Source of the DNA: Lama guanicoe
Taxonomy: Eukaryota
NCBI GenBank assembly: GCA_013239625.1
Contig: MU053559.1
Span: forward strand, 558,001 to 622,000
DNA length: 64,000 bases
Direction of reading: 5' to 3'
The notes beneath the pieces were generated by a model. The model saw only the letters and a program-made list of their open reading frames with translations, did no database searches and had not been told where the DNA came from. The first letter of the stretch is position 1. Every line of letters starts with the position of its first letter. Of the stretch, positions 33,661-50,354 are shown one piece after another. A program made the translations under genes and the position numbers.

Positions 33661-35061
33661 TATTTTTAAGTGTGTCAGGCACTGCTCTAGGTACTCAAAA
33701 CACAGAAGGGAACACAACAGGCACAAATCTCTGTCTTTAGGAAACTTCCATGCCCAATATTATTCAATAGGCAGTGGAGAACATGAAACTAACCTGTTGG
33801 CTATTCTATTTGTCTCCTCAACCCACTGTCCCTCCTTCCCTGTCCTGCCCCATGTCTCCGGGTGGATTTCATCAGCCAGGCTCTGCTCCCACTGGCTTCC
33901 AGCTGAGAGGCCCTGGTAGGTGACTGGACAATGTGAGGACAGAGAAAGCTGGTTGTTCACTGACCAAGGCTGGGTTCCAGCTGGGTGCCCCTTCAGGCCT
34001 AAGAATGGTGACAGCATCCCTCTGATGCCAGTTCCCGGGTACCTCAGCGATCTTATTGGTTTACTGAACCCTCCCCTCACCTCTTTAACAACTCCCTCAT
34101 TAATGTCTCTTCAAAATCCAGCCCATGTATGCCTTGTGTTTCCCCACCCACCCACCCCAGGGCCCTGGCTGACTCAGCGAGTAGACATATAATATACTAT
34201 TAGGAAGTACTAAGTGCAGTGAAGGAAAACAAAGCAGGACACAGGGGTGCAGAAGAATGAGGTGCTATTTTGGATAGTCAGGGAAGACTTCCTAAGGAGA
34301 TGATCTTTAAGCAGAGAAAAGAAGAAAGTGAAGGGGGCAGCCATGTCACTGTGAACAACATGCAGATCTTGGGAAGAGTGTCCAAGCAGAGGGGAAACAG
34401 CAGATGCAAAGGCCCTGGGGTGGGGTAATGCTTGGTGTGTTTACAGAACATCAAGGAGGCTGGTGTGGTTGGAGAGAATAGGTGAGTAGAGACACCGGAG
34501 AGATTGGCAGGGCAGGAATGATTCTACCCATTTGCCAAAGGCAGAAACTCAGGGCCCAGGGAAAGGCAGAGCTGGCCTAAGGTCCCACAGTGAGGTCCCC
34601 ATGGCTTCTCCCCAACATATGCTGTGTTTCTGGACAATAGAAGGAGCACTGCCATATGCCCCAGAGAGGATGTATAGCCCCCTGGGGAGGCCTGTCAAGT
34701 GGTTATGGTACTGGCCCCTGTGGCCCCTGTCCTCCATGGTTCAGCCTGCTCTCTGATCTAAGAACTTACTTCAGTCTCTCCTCACAGCAGTCAGAAGGTC
34801 CTATTACAGCCCAAGTCAGCCCACATCCCTCTTCTGCTCAGACCCCTGTTTCATCTCACTCAGAGAAAATGCCAAAAATCCTCCCTGTGGTCAGCGAGGC
34901 CGCGTAGGACCAGGCCCCATCACCTCTCCAACCTCACCTCCTGCCACTGACCCCCTGTCTCACTCTGTTCACTGTACCTCAAATGTGCCAGGCACAAACC
35001 CACCTCAGGGCCTTTGCACAGGCTTTCCCCCTTTGTCTGGATCACTCTCCAGATGTAACTC

Positions 35062-38000
35062 CTCCTGGAGTCACACTGACTGGTATATGAATCCTCCCAG
35101 GGTTGCACAGTCTGGAGTGTGGACACTCCTAGGATCAAACAGACAAGGGTGTAGACACTCATGAGGTCATGAGATTTGGGTATAAGCAAACCTGGGGTCA
35201 TGCTGATTGGGGTGTGGATCTCCTGGGATCACAGAGACAAGGTTTGGACACACCTGAGGTCACACACTCAGATGTGGAGGCTCTAGGGGGTCACACATAC
35301 TGGGACGTGGACACGGCTGAGGTCATGCAGAATGGGGGGTGGTCACCCTTGAAGTATCACAGGCTGTAAGATGTTCTCTTAGGGTCCTATGGAGTGGGGT
35401 GTGGATGCTTCTGGAATCATATAGACTATGATCTGGTACCTCCTGGTTTTACACAGGCTTAACTTTGGATCCCCTGAGAGTCAGAAACTCTGGGGTCTGG
35501 ATACTTCTGGGGTCCCACAGACTGGGACAAGGGCATGACTGAGGGCACATCCACTGGGGAGCCACTGTGGTCAAATGACCATGGCGTGGAGATTGCTGGA
35601 CGATCATGGGCTTGGCTGTGGCTACTTCTGTAGTCACAATGCTTGTGGTGACACCAATGGAAGCAGAGATGCCTCTTGGGACACACAGACGGGGGTGGAT
35701 ACTGAATGGGGGAATCAACATCCCTGTGGTCACAGACACTGGGGCGTGGAAACTCCTTTGGTCACACAAATGGAGGACATCCTCCCCTGGGTCACCCAGA
35801 CTGGAGTGTGAAGCTGCCAAGAGTCACAGGCACAGGAGTCTCATCTTCCTGTGGTCACAATGATGGGAGCACACCCTCTGGAGGCCACAGACATGCCTGT
35901 GTAGACACACTGTGCCAGAGACCGTGGGGTTTAGACAACACTGGGGGCCCAGACACTCGAGATAGGACATGGCTTCTGTTACCAGAACTTAGGTGTGGAC
36001 ATTCCTGGGTCATGGAGACTGGGGAATGGAGACTCCTGAGGTGGCTGAACTGGGGCAAAACCATCCTGGAACTTCACAGGCTGAACTGAGGACACCCACG
36101 GGAGCGTGGCTACCTCTGGGATCACATAGTTTGAGACACATACACTCATGGTGCCACTCAGACTGTGGTGAGGAAACTCCTGCGGTCACCCAGACCAAGC
36201 TGTGGCCACTCCCAGACTCACTCTGACTGTGGGGTAGACATTCCTGGGGTGTGGATGTTTCTGGAGTCAAACCTCAGGATGTGGACACAGCCAGGGTAAA
36301 ACACACTGGATCCTTCCGGGGTCACAAAGACTAGGGGAGGACACGTTTGTGGAGTGGAGACACCCCTTTGCTCACATCATGCAGATGAGGTCAGTGACTC
36401 TGAAGGTCACAGACTGGGAAATGGACACTCCTGTGGTCCCGCAGACGATGTAGTGAACGAGCCTGGGGCCACAGAGACTTAGATGTGGACACTCCTGGCT
36501 CCCATACTGGCTGGCAACTCCTGGAGTGACACCCTGGTGGTCACAGATCCTGGGGTGTAGAGACTTCACTCATCATAGTCTGGGCTGTGAAAAACCCTGT
36601 GACTCACACAACCAAGGGTGTATCATCCTGGGGACACACAGACTGGGTGGTGGCCACCCTTGTGGTCACACTGAAAGGTGATCATCCCCTAGGGTCACGT
36701 AGACTATTGACTAGATCCTTCTAGAGAAACACAGGCTGACTGTGGGCTCTCCAGGGGTGACATACATGGGAGCACGGACACGCCTGGCAGTTTGTGGTCT
36801 GAGGAACGATCACTCCTAGGGGACACTGATGGGGAGATGGAGAGCCGACAGTGACAGACTGGGCTGTGACCAAATCTGCAGTAAGACAGACTACGGGTGT
36901 GCTTCTCTGAGGACACACATTGGGGTCCGGAGGCTCCTGGGGTCACACAGAGGGGGTGGACACTTCTGTGGTGACAAAGGCTGACATATGGCCACTGGTG
37001 AGGTCACCCAGACTGGGACATGGGTGCTACTGCTGACTGACCTACTCAGCAGTGGGCACCCCTGTGATCAAAGAGACTGGAGCTTTCACAACTCTGTGGT
37101 CAGAAGCTTTGGGCTATGCACACTTATGGGGTCACACATACTATGTTTTGAATACCCCAGGTGTCACACAGACTGGAGTGCATACCCTCCTGTGGTGCTA
37201 TGAACTACGCTATAGGCACTTTTGGAGGGGACAATGACTAGTAACCCTTGGGGTCACACCGACTGGGGAATGGACACCCATTCTTGTCACACAGTTTAAG
37301 CAGTTGGCACCCTGTGGACAAACTGACAGGGGGGTATACGCTTTTGGCGTAACACAGGCTGGGGTCACAGGGACTGGAGAATAAGTGTTTGTGTCATCAC
37401 AGACTGGGATGGAAACACTCCAGGAGTCACTCAGGCTAAAGTAAGTACTCCACTGGGGACATACCGTCTGGGGTATATGTACCTCTGTGGAAAAACTGAC
37501 TTTGGTGTGGAAAATTCTGGGGTCAGAGGGGTGTGGAGACTCCTGGAGTCACAAGATGAGGGCATCCATGCTCAGGGACAGACGGGTGGAGAGTGGGCAC
37601 TCCCAAGATGGGAGACTGGGCCTAGGCCAGACTGGGCCCTCCTGGGCCACATACTTGGGAGTGTGGGCGCCCTGGGCCACGTAGACTGGGGAATAGACAT
37701 TGCTCCAGTTGAGAGACTTGTGTGCATATGCTTCTGATGTCACACAGATGGGGGCGGACACAACTAGGGACACGCAGCCTGCGGTGAGTACACTCACGGG
37801 GGCCTAAAGGCTGGTGTGTCCCCGCTCCTGGGAATTCAGGTGTGCGCGCTCCTGGGGCCTGACGCCGGTGCCGACCCTGCTGAGTTTGCATGGGAATGGG
37901 CGTGGATACCCCTGCGGTCACACCTCTTGTGCGGAGACTTCCGTCATACATTCCTGGGGTCAGACAGACTGGGGTGTGGACATTCCTGTGGTCATACCGA

Positions 38001-38165
38001 CGTGGTGAGAAGATTCCCGGTTAACGTGCTGTGGTGCGGCCCCTCCCCCAGGGTTACAGACTCAGTATGGACACTCCCAGGGTCACAAAGTCAGGGACAG
38101 AAATACCTAGGGTCACAGACTGGATGTTGGTAGCTCTGAGGTCAGTGGACTGGGGTGTGGACAGA
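35062..38165. repeat. Large degenerate tandem array, 32-bp unit CTCCTGGGGTCACACAGACTGGGGTGTGGACA
   Basis: Unit readable throughout, e.g. TTCCTGGGGTCAGACAGACTGGGGTGTGGACA at 37951-37982; length implies roughly 95 copies. Confidence 0.85.
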
Positions 38166-38692
38166 GAATGTGAGTTACTAAAGATACGGCAGCGAGCTGC
38201 GGAAACTGGGTGTGCTCATGTAGCTGGTGTTTGCCAGCTCCTGTTTGCTAGATTACAGACATTCAGGACTGCAGTCATGGCTGACTTTCTGACATTTCTT
38301 TAAGAAAGGGGTTCTTAACATTAAAAAATGTGTTCTGGGGAACGCTTTGGCATCTGGTTAAATCTGTGGATGCCTTCACATTTTAAAAAGCATATATTTA
38401 GAAAAATTTACTAAAAAGGAGGCACAAGAAGTATTTTAAAAAGCATCCATGTGTGTGCATAAGCGTGCATGCACACACACACACACACACACACAAATAC
38501 ACAGGATTATTATGGAAACCAATGAAATATTATGGAGGTTCCTCAAACAATTCAATAGAACTACAGCATGATCCAGTGATCTCTGGATCCCAAATATGTA
38601 CTTCTGGGTATATTTCCAAACGAGATGAAATCACCATCTCAAACAGTACATGCACCCCCATGTTCACTGAAGCATTATTCACAGTAGTCAAG

Positions 38693-38775
38693 GTGTGGAG
38701 GGTATAGCTCAGTGGTAGAGTGTGTGCTTAGCATGCATGAGTTCCTGGGTTCAATCCCCAGTACCACCGTTAAAA
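38693..38775 (+). mobile_element. Vic-1-type SINE inside old L1
   Basis: Body; TSD AGTCAAG.T.TGGA. Confidence 0.8.
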
Positions 38776-39143
38776 ACAAACATATCAGTCAAGATATGGA
38801 AACAAACCAGGTGTCTGTCAACAGATGAGTGGATAAAGAAAAGGTGGTATATGCATACAATGGTATATTTATTATTCAGTCATAAAAAAGGAAACAGACC
38901 TTGAGGACATTATACTAAAAGAAGTAAGTCAGAGAAACAGATATACTGTACAATTTCACTTACATATGGAATCTTAAAATGGGTGAAGGTGGTCAAAAGG
39001 TACAAATTTCCATCTATAAACAAGTTCGGGAGATGTGATGTACAGCATAGTGACTCTACTTATCAATAATCTATTGTATATTTGAAAGTTGTAAAAGAAA
39101 GCAAATCTTAAAAAAAAAAGAAAGCAAATCATAAAAGTTCCCA

Positions 39144-40694
39144 ACACAAAAGACCCAGAATTACCAAAGCAAAATAGAAGAAAAAGAACAGAACTGGAGG
39201 AATAACTCTCCCAGACTTCAGACAATACTACAGACCTACAGTAATCAAAACAGCATGGTATTGGCATAAAAACAGACATATGGATCAATGGAATAGAATA
39301 GGGAGCCCAGAAGTAAATCCACAGACCTATTGTCAATTAATCTTTGACAAAGGAGGCAAGAATATACAACGGAGAAAAGATAGTCTCTTCAGCAAGTGGT
39401 ATTGGGAAAACTGGACACCTGCATGTAAACCAATGAAGTTAGAATACTCCTTCACCCCATACACAAAAATAAACTCAAAATGGCTTAAAGACTTAAACAT
39501 AAGAGAAGACATGATAACTCATCTAGAAGAAAACATAGGCAAAACATTCTCTGACATAAATCTTAGCAATGTTCTCCTAGGGCAATCTATCCAGGCAATA
39601 GAAATAAGGAAGAAAATAAACAAATGGGACCTAATTAAACTTAAAAGCTTTTGCAAAGCAAAGGAAACCAGAAGCAAAACAAAAAGACAACCTATGGAAT
39701 GGGGGAAAATATTTGCAAATGCTGTGACTGACAGAGGCTTAATTTCCAGAATATATAAACAGCTCATACAACTTAATGACAAAACAACCAAATCCAAAAC
39801 TGGGCAGAAGACCTAAACAAGCAATTCTCCAATGAAGACATACAAATGACCAACAGGCACATGAAAAAATGCTCAATATCACTAATTATCAGAGAAGTAT
39901 CACCTCACACCAGTCAGAATGGCCATCATTCAAAAGTCCATGAATGATAAATGCTGGAGAGAGTGTGGAGCAAAGGGAACCCTCCTATCCTGTTGCTGAC
40001 AATGTAGTTTGGTGCAGCCATACGGAAAACAGTATGGAGATTCCTCAAAAAACTAAAAATAGACTTACCATATGATCCAGCAATCCCACTTCTGGGTATA
40101 TATCTGGAGGGAACTTGAATTCAAAAAGATATATACACCCCAATGTTCACAGCAGCACTATATACAATAGGCAAGACATGGAAGCAACCTAAATGTCCAT
40201 TACAAATGACTAGATAAAAAAATTGTGGTATATTTATACAATGGAATACTACTCAGTCATAAAAAATAAAATGCCATTTGCAGCAACATGCGTGGACTTA
40301 GGGATCATCATTCTAAGTGAAGTAAGCCTGAAAGAGAAAGACCACATGATATCACTCATATGTGGAATCTAAATAAAAAAGAAAGAAAAAAAGGACACTA
40401 TGAACTCACCTACAAAACTGAAACACTCGCAGACACAGTAAACAATCTTACAGTTACTGGGGAAAGGGGATGGGAAGGGATAAATTTGGGAGTTTGAGAT
40501 TTACAAATGTTAGCCACTATATACAAAAATAGACTTAAAAAGTTTCTTCTGTATAGCACAGGGAACTATGTTCAACATCTTGTAATAATCTTTAATGAAA
40601 AAGAATATGAAAATATATGTATGTATATGCATGACTAGGATATTGTGCTGTACACCAGACTGACACATTGCAACTGACTGTACTTAAATTATTA
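39144..40694 (+). mobile_element. Young 5'-truncated L1 (ORF2 C-terminus and 3'UTR)
   Basis: ORF 39280-39816 [13 protein letters not shown]...[27 protein letters not shown] at 39133 and 40695. Confidence 0.92.
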
Positions 40695-40914
40695 AAAAGT
40701 TCCCATCACAAGAAAAAAAATTGTAACTATGGGAGGTGATAGATGTTAACTAAACTTGGGGTAATCATTTTGCAATATGCACACACATTAAATCATTACT
40801 GTTGTACACTTTCAACTGACACAATGTTTGATATCAATTATACCTCAAAAATTGCAAAAATCTTACCATATTAAAATGAGATGATACTGGGGTACTGTAT
40901 TATACATGAACTTT

Positions 40915-41943
40915 TTTATTAGTACATCAAATTATAACATCTTATTCAAAGTAGTGACCCATGTGAACAATACTTTAAGCTGCCCGCAACAACTGTAATG
41001 TAACATAAAAAAGTAACTGTGATCTGCGTTGCTGGGAAAGTTGCAGTCACTGCTTTCAGTATTGTAATTTGCTGCCAGCATTCAGATTTGGGAGTAACAC
41101 AAAATTTGTTATATTAGTGAAAGTAAAGATATCATATTTCCCTGCATCAAAGTCACAGGTAACCCTGACTTCTATCCAGATTAAAAACCCCTGCTTTTGG
41201 GGTAAATTCTGGACATAAATCAGGACACTGCTGGAAAGACTTAGAGAAGAAGCAAGACCTCATTCAAGAATCCCTCTGCATGACTGGATAAAGAAGATGT
41301 GGTACATATATACGATGGAACACTACTTAGCCATAAAAAAGAATAAAATAATGCCATTTGCAGCAAGATGGATGGACCTGAAGATTGTCATTCTAAGTGA
41401 AGTGGGCCGGAAAGAGAAAGAAAAATGCCGTATGACATAATTTATATGAGGAATCTAAAAAACAACAACAATAAGGACACAAATGAACTAATTATTTTGC
41501 TTTCTTGAATATGTGTAAGCACATTTGACTGTCCTTTATGATTGGATTACCGTATTCTGTTGATTCCTATCTTGTAGTTGGCTTTATTCCTTTGATTACT
41601 ATGTAAGTTTAAAAAGCTAAAGATCTAATCTGTTCTTAGAAACCATGATCAGTACATATATGAAAATTAAAAAAGTGTGCAGTATATTGTATATATGTAT
41701 TTACATGCAGTATAATGTGTATGTGCAGTCGAACTGTAATAAAAAAAAATCCCTCTGCAAGGCAGATGGACATGCCGTGAAGTTTCTCTCCTCGCTGTGT
41801 TCGTGGTGGTTGTTCCAGGTTCCCACTCGGGGCTTGTATGTTCAGGATCCGATGATGAGATATTTCAAAACAAGTTCATCAACTCAAGTTCTGGTTTTCC
41901 TGACAGCAAACAGCTTCCGAGTCCTTATCAGATTGCCAGCTAA
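40915..41943 (-). other. FTSJ1: Probable FTSJ1 non-coding last exon (3'UTR)
   Basis: Donor CAG|gtaaat 9 nt after the stop (43514/43513); strong acceptor cttccttttactttgaccttcag at 41966-41944; candidate AATAAA at 41588-41583 and 40920-40915; 3' end uncertain. Confidence 0.55.
41281..41747 (+). mobile_element. Chimeric L1-mediated insertion (L1 3' fragment plus unrecognised sequence plus poly(A))
   Basis: TSD AATCCCTCTGCA at 41269-41280 and 41748-41759; AATAAA at 41738-41743. Confidence 0.75.
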
Positions 41944-42646
41944 CTGAAGGTCAAAGTAAAAGGAAGTTTTAAACCAAAAGGTATTTTCCCACTGTCTTCT
42001 ACTAGAATCTTTGTTTGCTCAGCTACTAACATTTTTGTGAAGCTTTGTTTCCCCTTCTATTGTCAACCATAATCCACAGAAAAATGCCCAGAACATGTAA
42101 TAATGTTCATTCTCTTTGATGTGTAGTTCTCCATTGTGAATATACCAGGATTTAATGATCCATTCTGCAGCTGATGGGTGTCTGGGCTGCATCTAATCTG
42201 GGGGTACTACAAATAGTGCTGGCTAGGAGCATTCCAGTACTCATTTCTTAGGAGTGGAATTGGCACACATGCAGCTTAAGCAAATACTGCCTAACAATTT
42301 TTCCACAGTGGCCGCACCATTTTATGCTGCCATTGGCGTATATGAGGGTCCCAACTGTTGCACGTCTTTCCAGACACCCGGTCTTGTTAATCTTTTTAGC
42401 CGTAGCTTGCATTTCCCCAAGGAGCAGCTTTTCATGTACTTATTGACCATTCTCATATTTTCTTTTCCTTCTTGATTTTTAGGAGCTTTTTAATATCAAG
42501 GATAACCATCTATAGGGATTATAAATATCTTTTCCCACTGTGATTTGCCATTTCATTTTTTTTAAAGGGGTCTTTTTTACTTCTTATTTTAATGTAACAC
42601 TTGGTCTGAATAACCTGCTAAGCCATTGTCAGAAAGGGACATCCCT

Positions 42647-42781
42647 GGGGGGAGGGCATAGCTCAAGTGGTAGAGTGCATGCTTAGCATGAACGAGGTCC
42701 TGGGTTCAATCCCCAGTAGCTCCCCTAAAAATAAATAAGTAACCTAATTACCTCCCTCCCCCTGCCAAAAAAAGAAAAAGA
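42647..42781 (+). mobile_element. Vic-1-type SINE
   Basis: Body, tail, imperfect TSD AAAGGGA..TCC. Confidence 0.85.
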
Positions 42782-43522
42782 AAGGGATGTCCTCTAATGT
42801 GGTGTCCTGAGGATGAGAAGCCCTCCAGCACTGACAGCCCAGGCTGTTCCAGGCAAACTGGTCCCTCGCTGCTCCCTTACACACCAGGCAGTTCTACCTC
42901 AGGGCCTTTGCACCTGCTATTTCCTCTTCCTGGAATGCCCTTCCCCTAGATAAATACAGGGATCCCCTCCCTCAACTTATTCAGGTGACCTCAACTTATT
43001 CAACATGACCTCAGTGAGACCATCCCTGATAACCCTCTTAAAACCTGCAAACTGCCATTCCCTAGAATTTTTGATCTCTTTATCCTGCTTTAAAAATTTT
43101 TCATATCCCATATTATTACTTTTACATGTTACATATTACACATGTATATAGAGATAGTGTGTGTGGGTGGGTGGAAACTCCTGCATTCAGACTATGTTAT
43201 CGTTTATGACCTTTCCCCCAAACTAGGATCTCTGAGGGCCGGGATATTTGCCTGTTTTGTTCCTGCTCTATCTCCAAACCTAGAACAATGCCCGCACATA
43301 GCACATGCTCAATAAATGTTTACCAAACGCCTCAATGTGTAAGATGTAAAATGCTTAAAGCAGTTCCTGGCATATAACATCAGGTGTTTTAGTAAAGGTT
43401 TGCTGAAAGAAACCTTACCTGTTGACATAAAAATTGCAAAAGTGAAATTTTACTCAGTTTTTTCTTCAAGGTGCCCTTTACTCAAACCCTTAGATAAAAA
43501 AGCAAATATTTACCTGAACGTG

Positions 43523-48003
<4,481 letters not shown>

Positions 48004-48169
48004 TCAGTAACTGGGTGAGTGGGCCATCACCTACCTCTGCAGGGCAGCGAGAACCACACAAACTGAACTGGACTTCTCTAACCCGTGTGACAGCTCACTC
48101 AGCAGATGGGAAGGCTGGAGCCTGGTCACTGACCCTAAGGACCTCACAGTCTGAAGGATCCCAGCACTG

Positions 48170-49250
48170 AGCTCTCAGGCTCCATCACGCATCCCACAGA
48201 ACACCCCACTGCTCACTCCGTCACTAATCCCACAGATCCCACAAACCCAACACTTATCTCATAAATGACCTACTACTGACCTGGTCAAGCTCCCACTGCT
48301 GTCACCCACACTCCACGTATTAAATCCTGTTGCTCTCGCTACCAACGTTTCTCTGCCCACCTTATCCCACTGTCTCTCCAGCCGTCCTCATTGCCCCTAG
48401 AGTCATGTAGCCTGACCAGTCCCCCATTAGTTCCTTGCTTTCATCCCCATTATCCTCATCCCAACTCATTGCACTCACCACCTCCTTAATCTCTCTCCTC
48501 TGAAATGATTAGGCCCCCGATAATTCCTTTATTAATACATCCCTGTCAACCCCCACTAATGCCTGGAGAATTATGACCTATTAGTTCCCCATCAAGCTCT
48601 CAATTACTATGATTTATCAGCGCCCATTAACTCAGCCCTCCAATTGATCCCTCATAGATCACACCATCAGTCCCCAGTAACCCTTCATTATCACACACTT
48701 GTGTTAATCCCTGAAGATCAGACATCAGTTCCCCATTCTCCCCTCACTGCCCACCTTCTCTCCCCAATGATCACACCCAACAGCTTACTATTACCCTGAC
48801 TTTGCTCACTTTGTTCCCATTAATTCCTCAGTGATCATGCCATGATCACCCACTAAAATCCTTTGATTACAACACCCCTTCAGCCTCTCATTCTCTCTTC
48901 TTTGATCACTGCCCCCATTAGTTCCTTGATCATGACCCTCCTTCCAATTACTATGCCCCACCACTCTTCATTAACCTGTTGAGTATCATGCCTCCATCAG
49001 TCCCTCAGGGATCACACTCCTACCTGCCCACTCTACCATCACCTCATTAACTAATGAACACATCCCCGCTGGCCCCCATGAACACTTCGACTAAAACAAG
49101 CCTATTAGCCCCAACTGATTCCCCAATAACACTCTCACCAGACCTCTATTACACCCACGCGGCCACCAAACCCCCACAGCCCTCTGGTTACACCCCCGGT
49201 CCCTCCTCATTACTTCAAAGCCCAAATCCCCACTGGGACCACCAGATTCC
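48170..49250. repeat. Degenerate C-rich, G-poor repeat in FTSJ1 intron 1
   Basis: Recurrent CCCCATTA(A/G)TTCC, CATCAGTCCCC and TGATCA(C/T) words. Confidence 0.65.
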
Positions 49251-50070
49251 TCTCAAGGCGGCTCTGCCGGTATCTGGACCCCTGCGCTCCCTGACCCCAG
49301 TCCACCCCGCATGAGTGATCCCCTTCTCCGGACAAACCTTGGGTCTGGCGCCTACCCGGTGTCAACTGCCCAGACCACGCAGCTGCAGCGCTGAGGACGA
49401 ACTTCCCTCCTTCCCTCGCTGGCGGGACAGCGCAGGCGTGCCTCAACAGTCTCGGCCCGGACCCAAGTCCTCCGTGCCCCAGGGCCTACCTTAAACTTTC
49501 GGAGTGGGGAGAAACCGGACGAAGGAGGCCAGTTCGCGAGCAGCCCGAGCCTCGGCGAGGGTGCAGACCGGTGAGAAATCGTAGGGTTTCAGTTTGTGTT
49601 CTTAGTTGATCCGAATGTCTGTTGCGCATGCCTAAGGGCGACCGCAGCGTGGCCAGCCTGTCATCGTGGGACGCAGAAGCTCGCGCGGAGCCGGGACCCG
49701 GCCGGAACACACCACATGAGTTCCGTCATTTCGCGCCGACGTAGCGGGTCTGGCGAACTGCCGTTCCCAGCATGCAACGGGCGCGAGCGAAGTCGCGCAT
49801 GGCGCGGCCGAAATGTCGCGAGGCACGAGAACTGACTTCGTTCTTTTGTTCCAAGGCGAAAGTCGAAGTACTCTCCGCCCCTCCCTTCTGAGACAATGGC
49901 ATTCTTTCAGCCTGCGGACTACATTTCCCAAGATACAACGAGCACGCCGACAGCTATTCATTTTTCGAGTGCAGCAAAGGGCAATTATACCGCTGGGGTT
50001 GCGAACGAGTGAGGAAGGAAAGTGCGTTAATTAAGTGCGCGAGCGCGCTGAAGCTGCTCGGCAGCAATTT
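49250..50070 (-). promoter_or_regulatory. FTSJ1: FTSJ1 CpG-island promoter and non-coding exon 1
   Basis: CpG island; ZNF143/THAP11-type ACTACATTTCCCA at 49918-49930 and a second TTCCCAGCATGC at ~49764; NRF1-like TGCGCATGCC at 49623; candidate donors at 49489 and 49355. Confidence 0.8.
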
Positions 50071-50354
50071 CAAATCTCATTTCCGCTAGTTGATAGTGCC
50101 TTCTGGCTGTTACCATCTCGGAACTTTGGTTTCTCCATCTGTAAAATGGGAATAATAAATAGAACAGACTCTGCAGAGTTATTAGGATTAAATAGGAGTA
50201 GTTAAGCACACTGTAATTCTGTGTTCTTCAAACATTTTTAACTCGGACCTAGAAAAAAAAAGACTGCATCGCGACCCAGTGCACAAGCAAATACAGTAAT
50301 GGAAACATTTAGTATAGCGTTTACCATGTGCCAGGCACTCTTTTGAGTGCTCTC

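Larger units (their letters stand above)
27265..34737 (-). pseudogene. Candidate decayed multi-exon gene of unknown identity
   Basis: Exon-like blocks 34737-~34622 (ACCATGG), 33998-33794, 32604-31713 (split by MLT1) and 29904-~27250 (split by L1/SINE), with splice signals and AATAAA at 27283-27278 and 27270-27265; every frame has multiple stops. Confidence 0.45.
38307..41193. mobile_element. hAT-Charlie-like DNA transposon split by nested L1 and SINE insertions
   Basis: Ends AGGGGTTCTTAAC (38307) and ATTAAAAACCCCTG (41180-41193) are inverted repeats. Confidence 0.55.

Noticed and set aside
35062..38165. CRISPR-like array or repetitive mucin-like CDS
   Set aside because: Mammalian DNA with no unique spacers; the 32-bp unit is not a multiple of 3 and all frames are interrupted
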